Source: Zygnema circumcarinatum SAG 698-1b
Lineage: Eukaryota > Plantae > Zygnematophyceae
Assembly (NCBI GenBank): GCA_037447605.1
Contig: JBBHKD010000062.1
Span: 1 to 7,777 of the forward strand
DNA length: 7,777 bases
Direction of reading: 5' to 3'
Position numbers and translations under genes: made by a program. The notes below the pieces were generated by a model, which was not told where the DNA came from, searched no databases, and saw only the letters and a list, made by a program, of their open reading frames with translations. Position 1 is the stretch's first letter. Every line of letters starts with the position of its first letter. Below are positions 7,691 through 7,777 of the stretch, in pieces.

Positions 7691-7777
7691 GGTGTGTAAC
7701 AAGCCTTGAGCACAACTTACCCAAAAGGCTTTACCGCTAGAGACTAAGTGCTGAAATGTATCTTTGGTTTACGGAGC

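Noticed and set aside
7528-7713. 61-aa minus ORF as a possible chromodomain or pol C-terminus
   Set aside because: No aromatic-cage or other motif recognisable; short and starts at a non-ATG codon.

Overview
Repetitive eukaryotic DNA, most likely from a plant (inferred from the element families; host not identifiable), with no supportable host gene. The window is best explained as two decayed Ty3/gypsy LTR retrotransposons, both on the minus strand and nested. Element 2 (right, Tat/Athila-type Gag): 5' LTR from 6435 rightwards (far end uncertain), PBS-like TGGTATCGA at 6424-6434, and a long gag pseudogene running from about 6425 to 3898. Element 1 (left, chromovirus-type Gag with a CCHC knuckle plus protease) interrupts that gag at 3897/3898. 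It has a roughly 1.9 kb 5' LTR (1977-3897), a PBS-like TGGTATCGA at 1964-1975 and gag-pro relics running off the left edge. Most ORFs in the supplied track are fragments or antisense shadows of these relics. Points worth a second look: the same non-standard PBS core in both elements, PBS-complementary sequences inside each LTR (possible self-priming), a diverged copy of element 2's LTR end inside element 1's LTR, and an apparent non-canonical ...CT LTR terminus. I do not see evidence of a wholly new system; all domain calls are by-eye motif recognition across frameshifts and need HMM confirmation.
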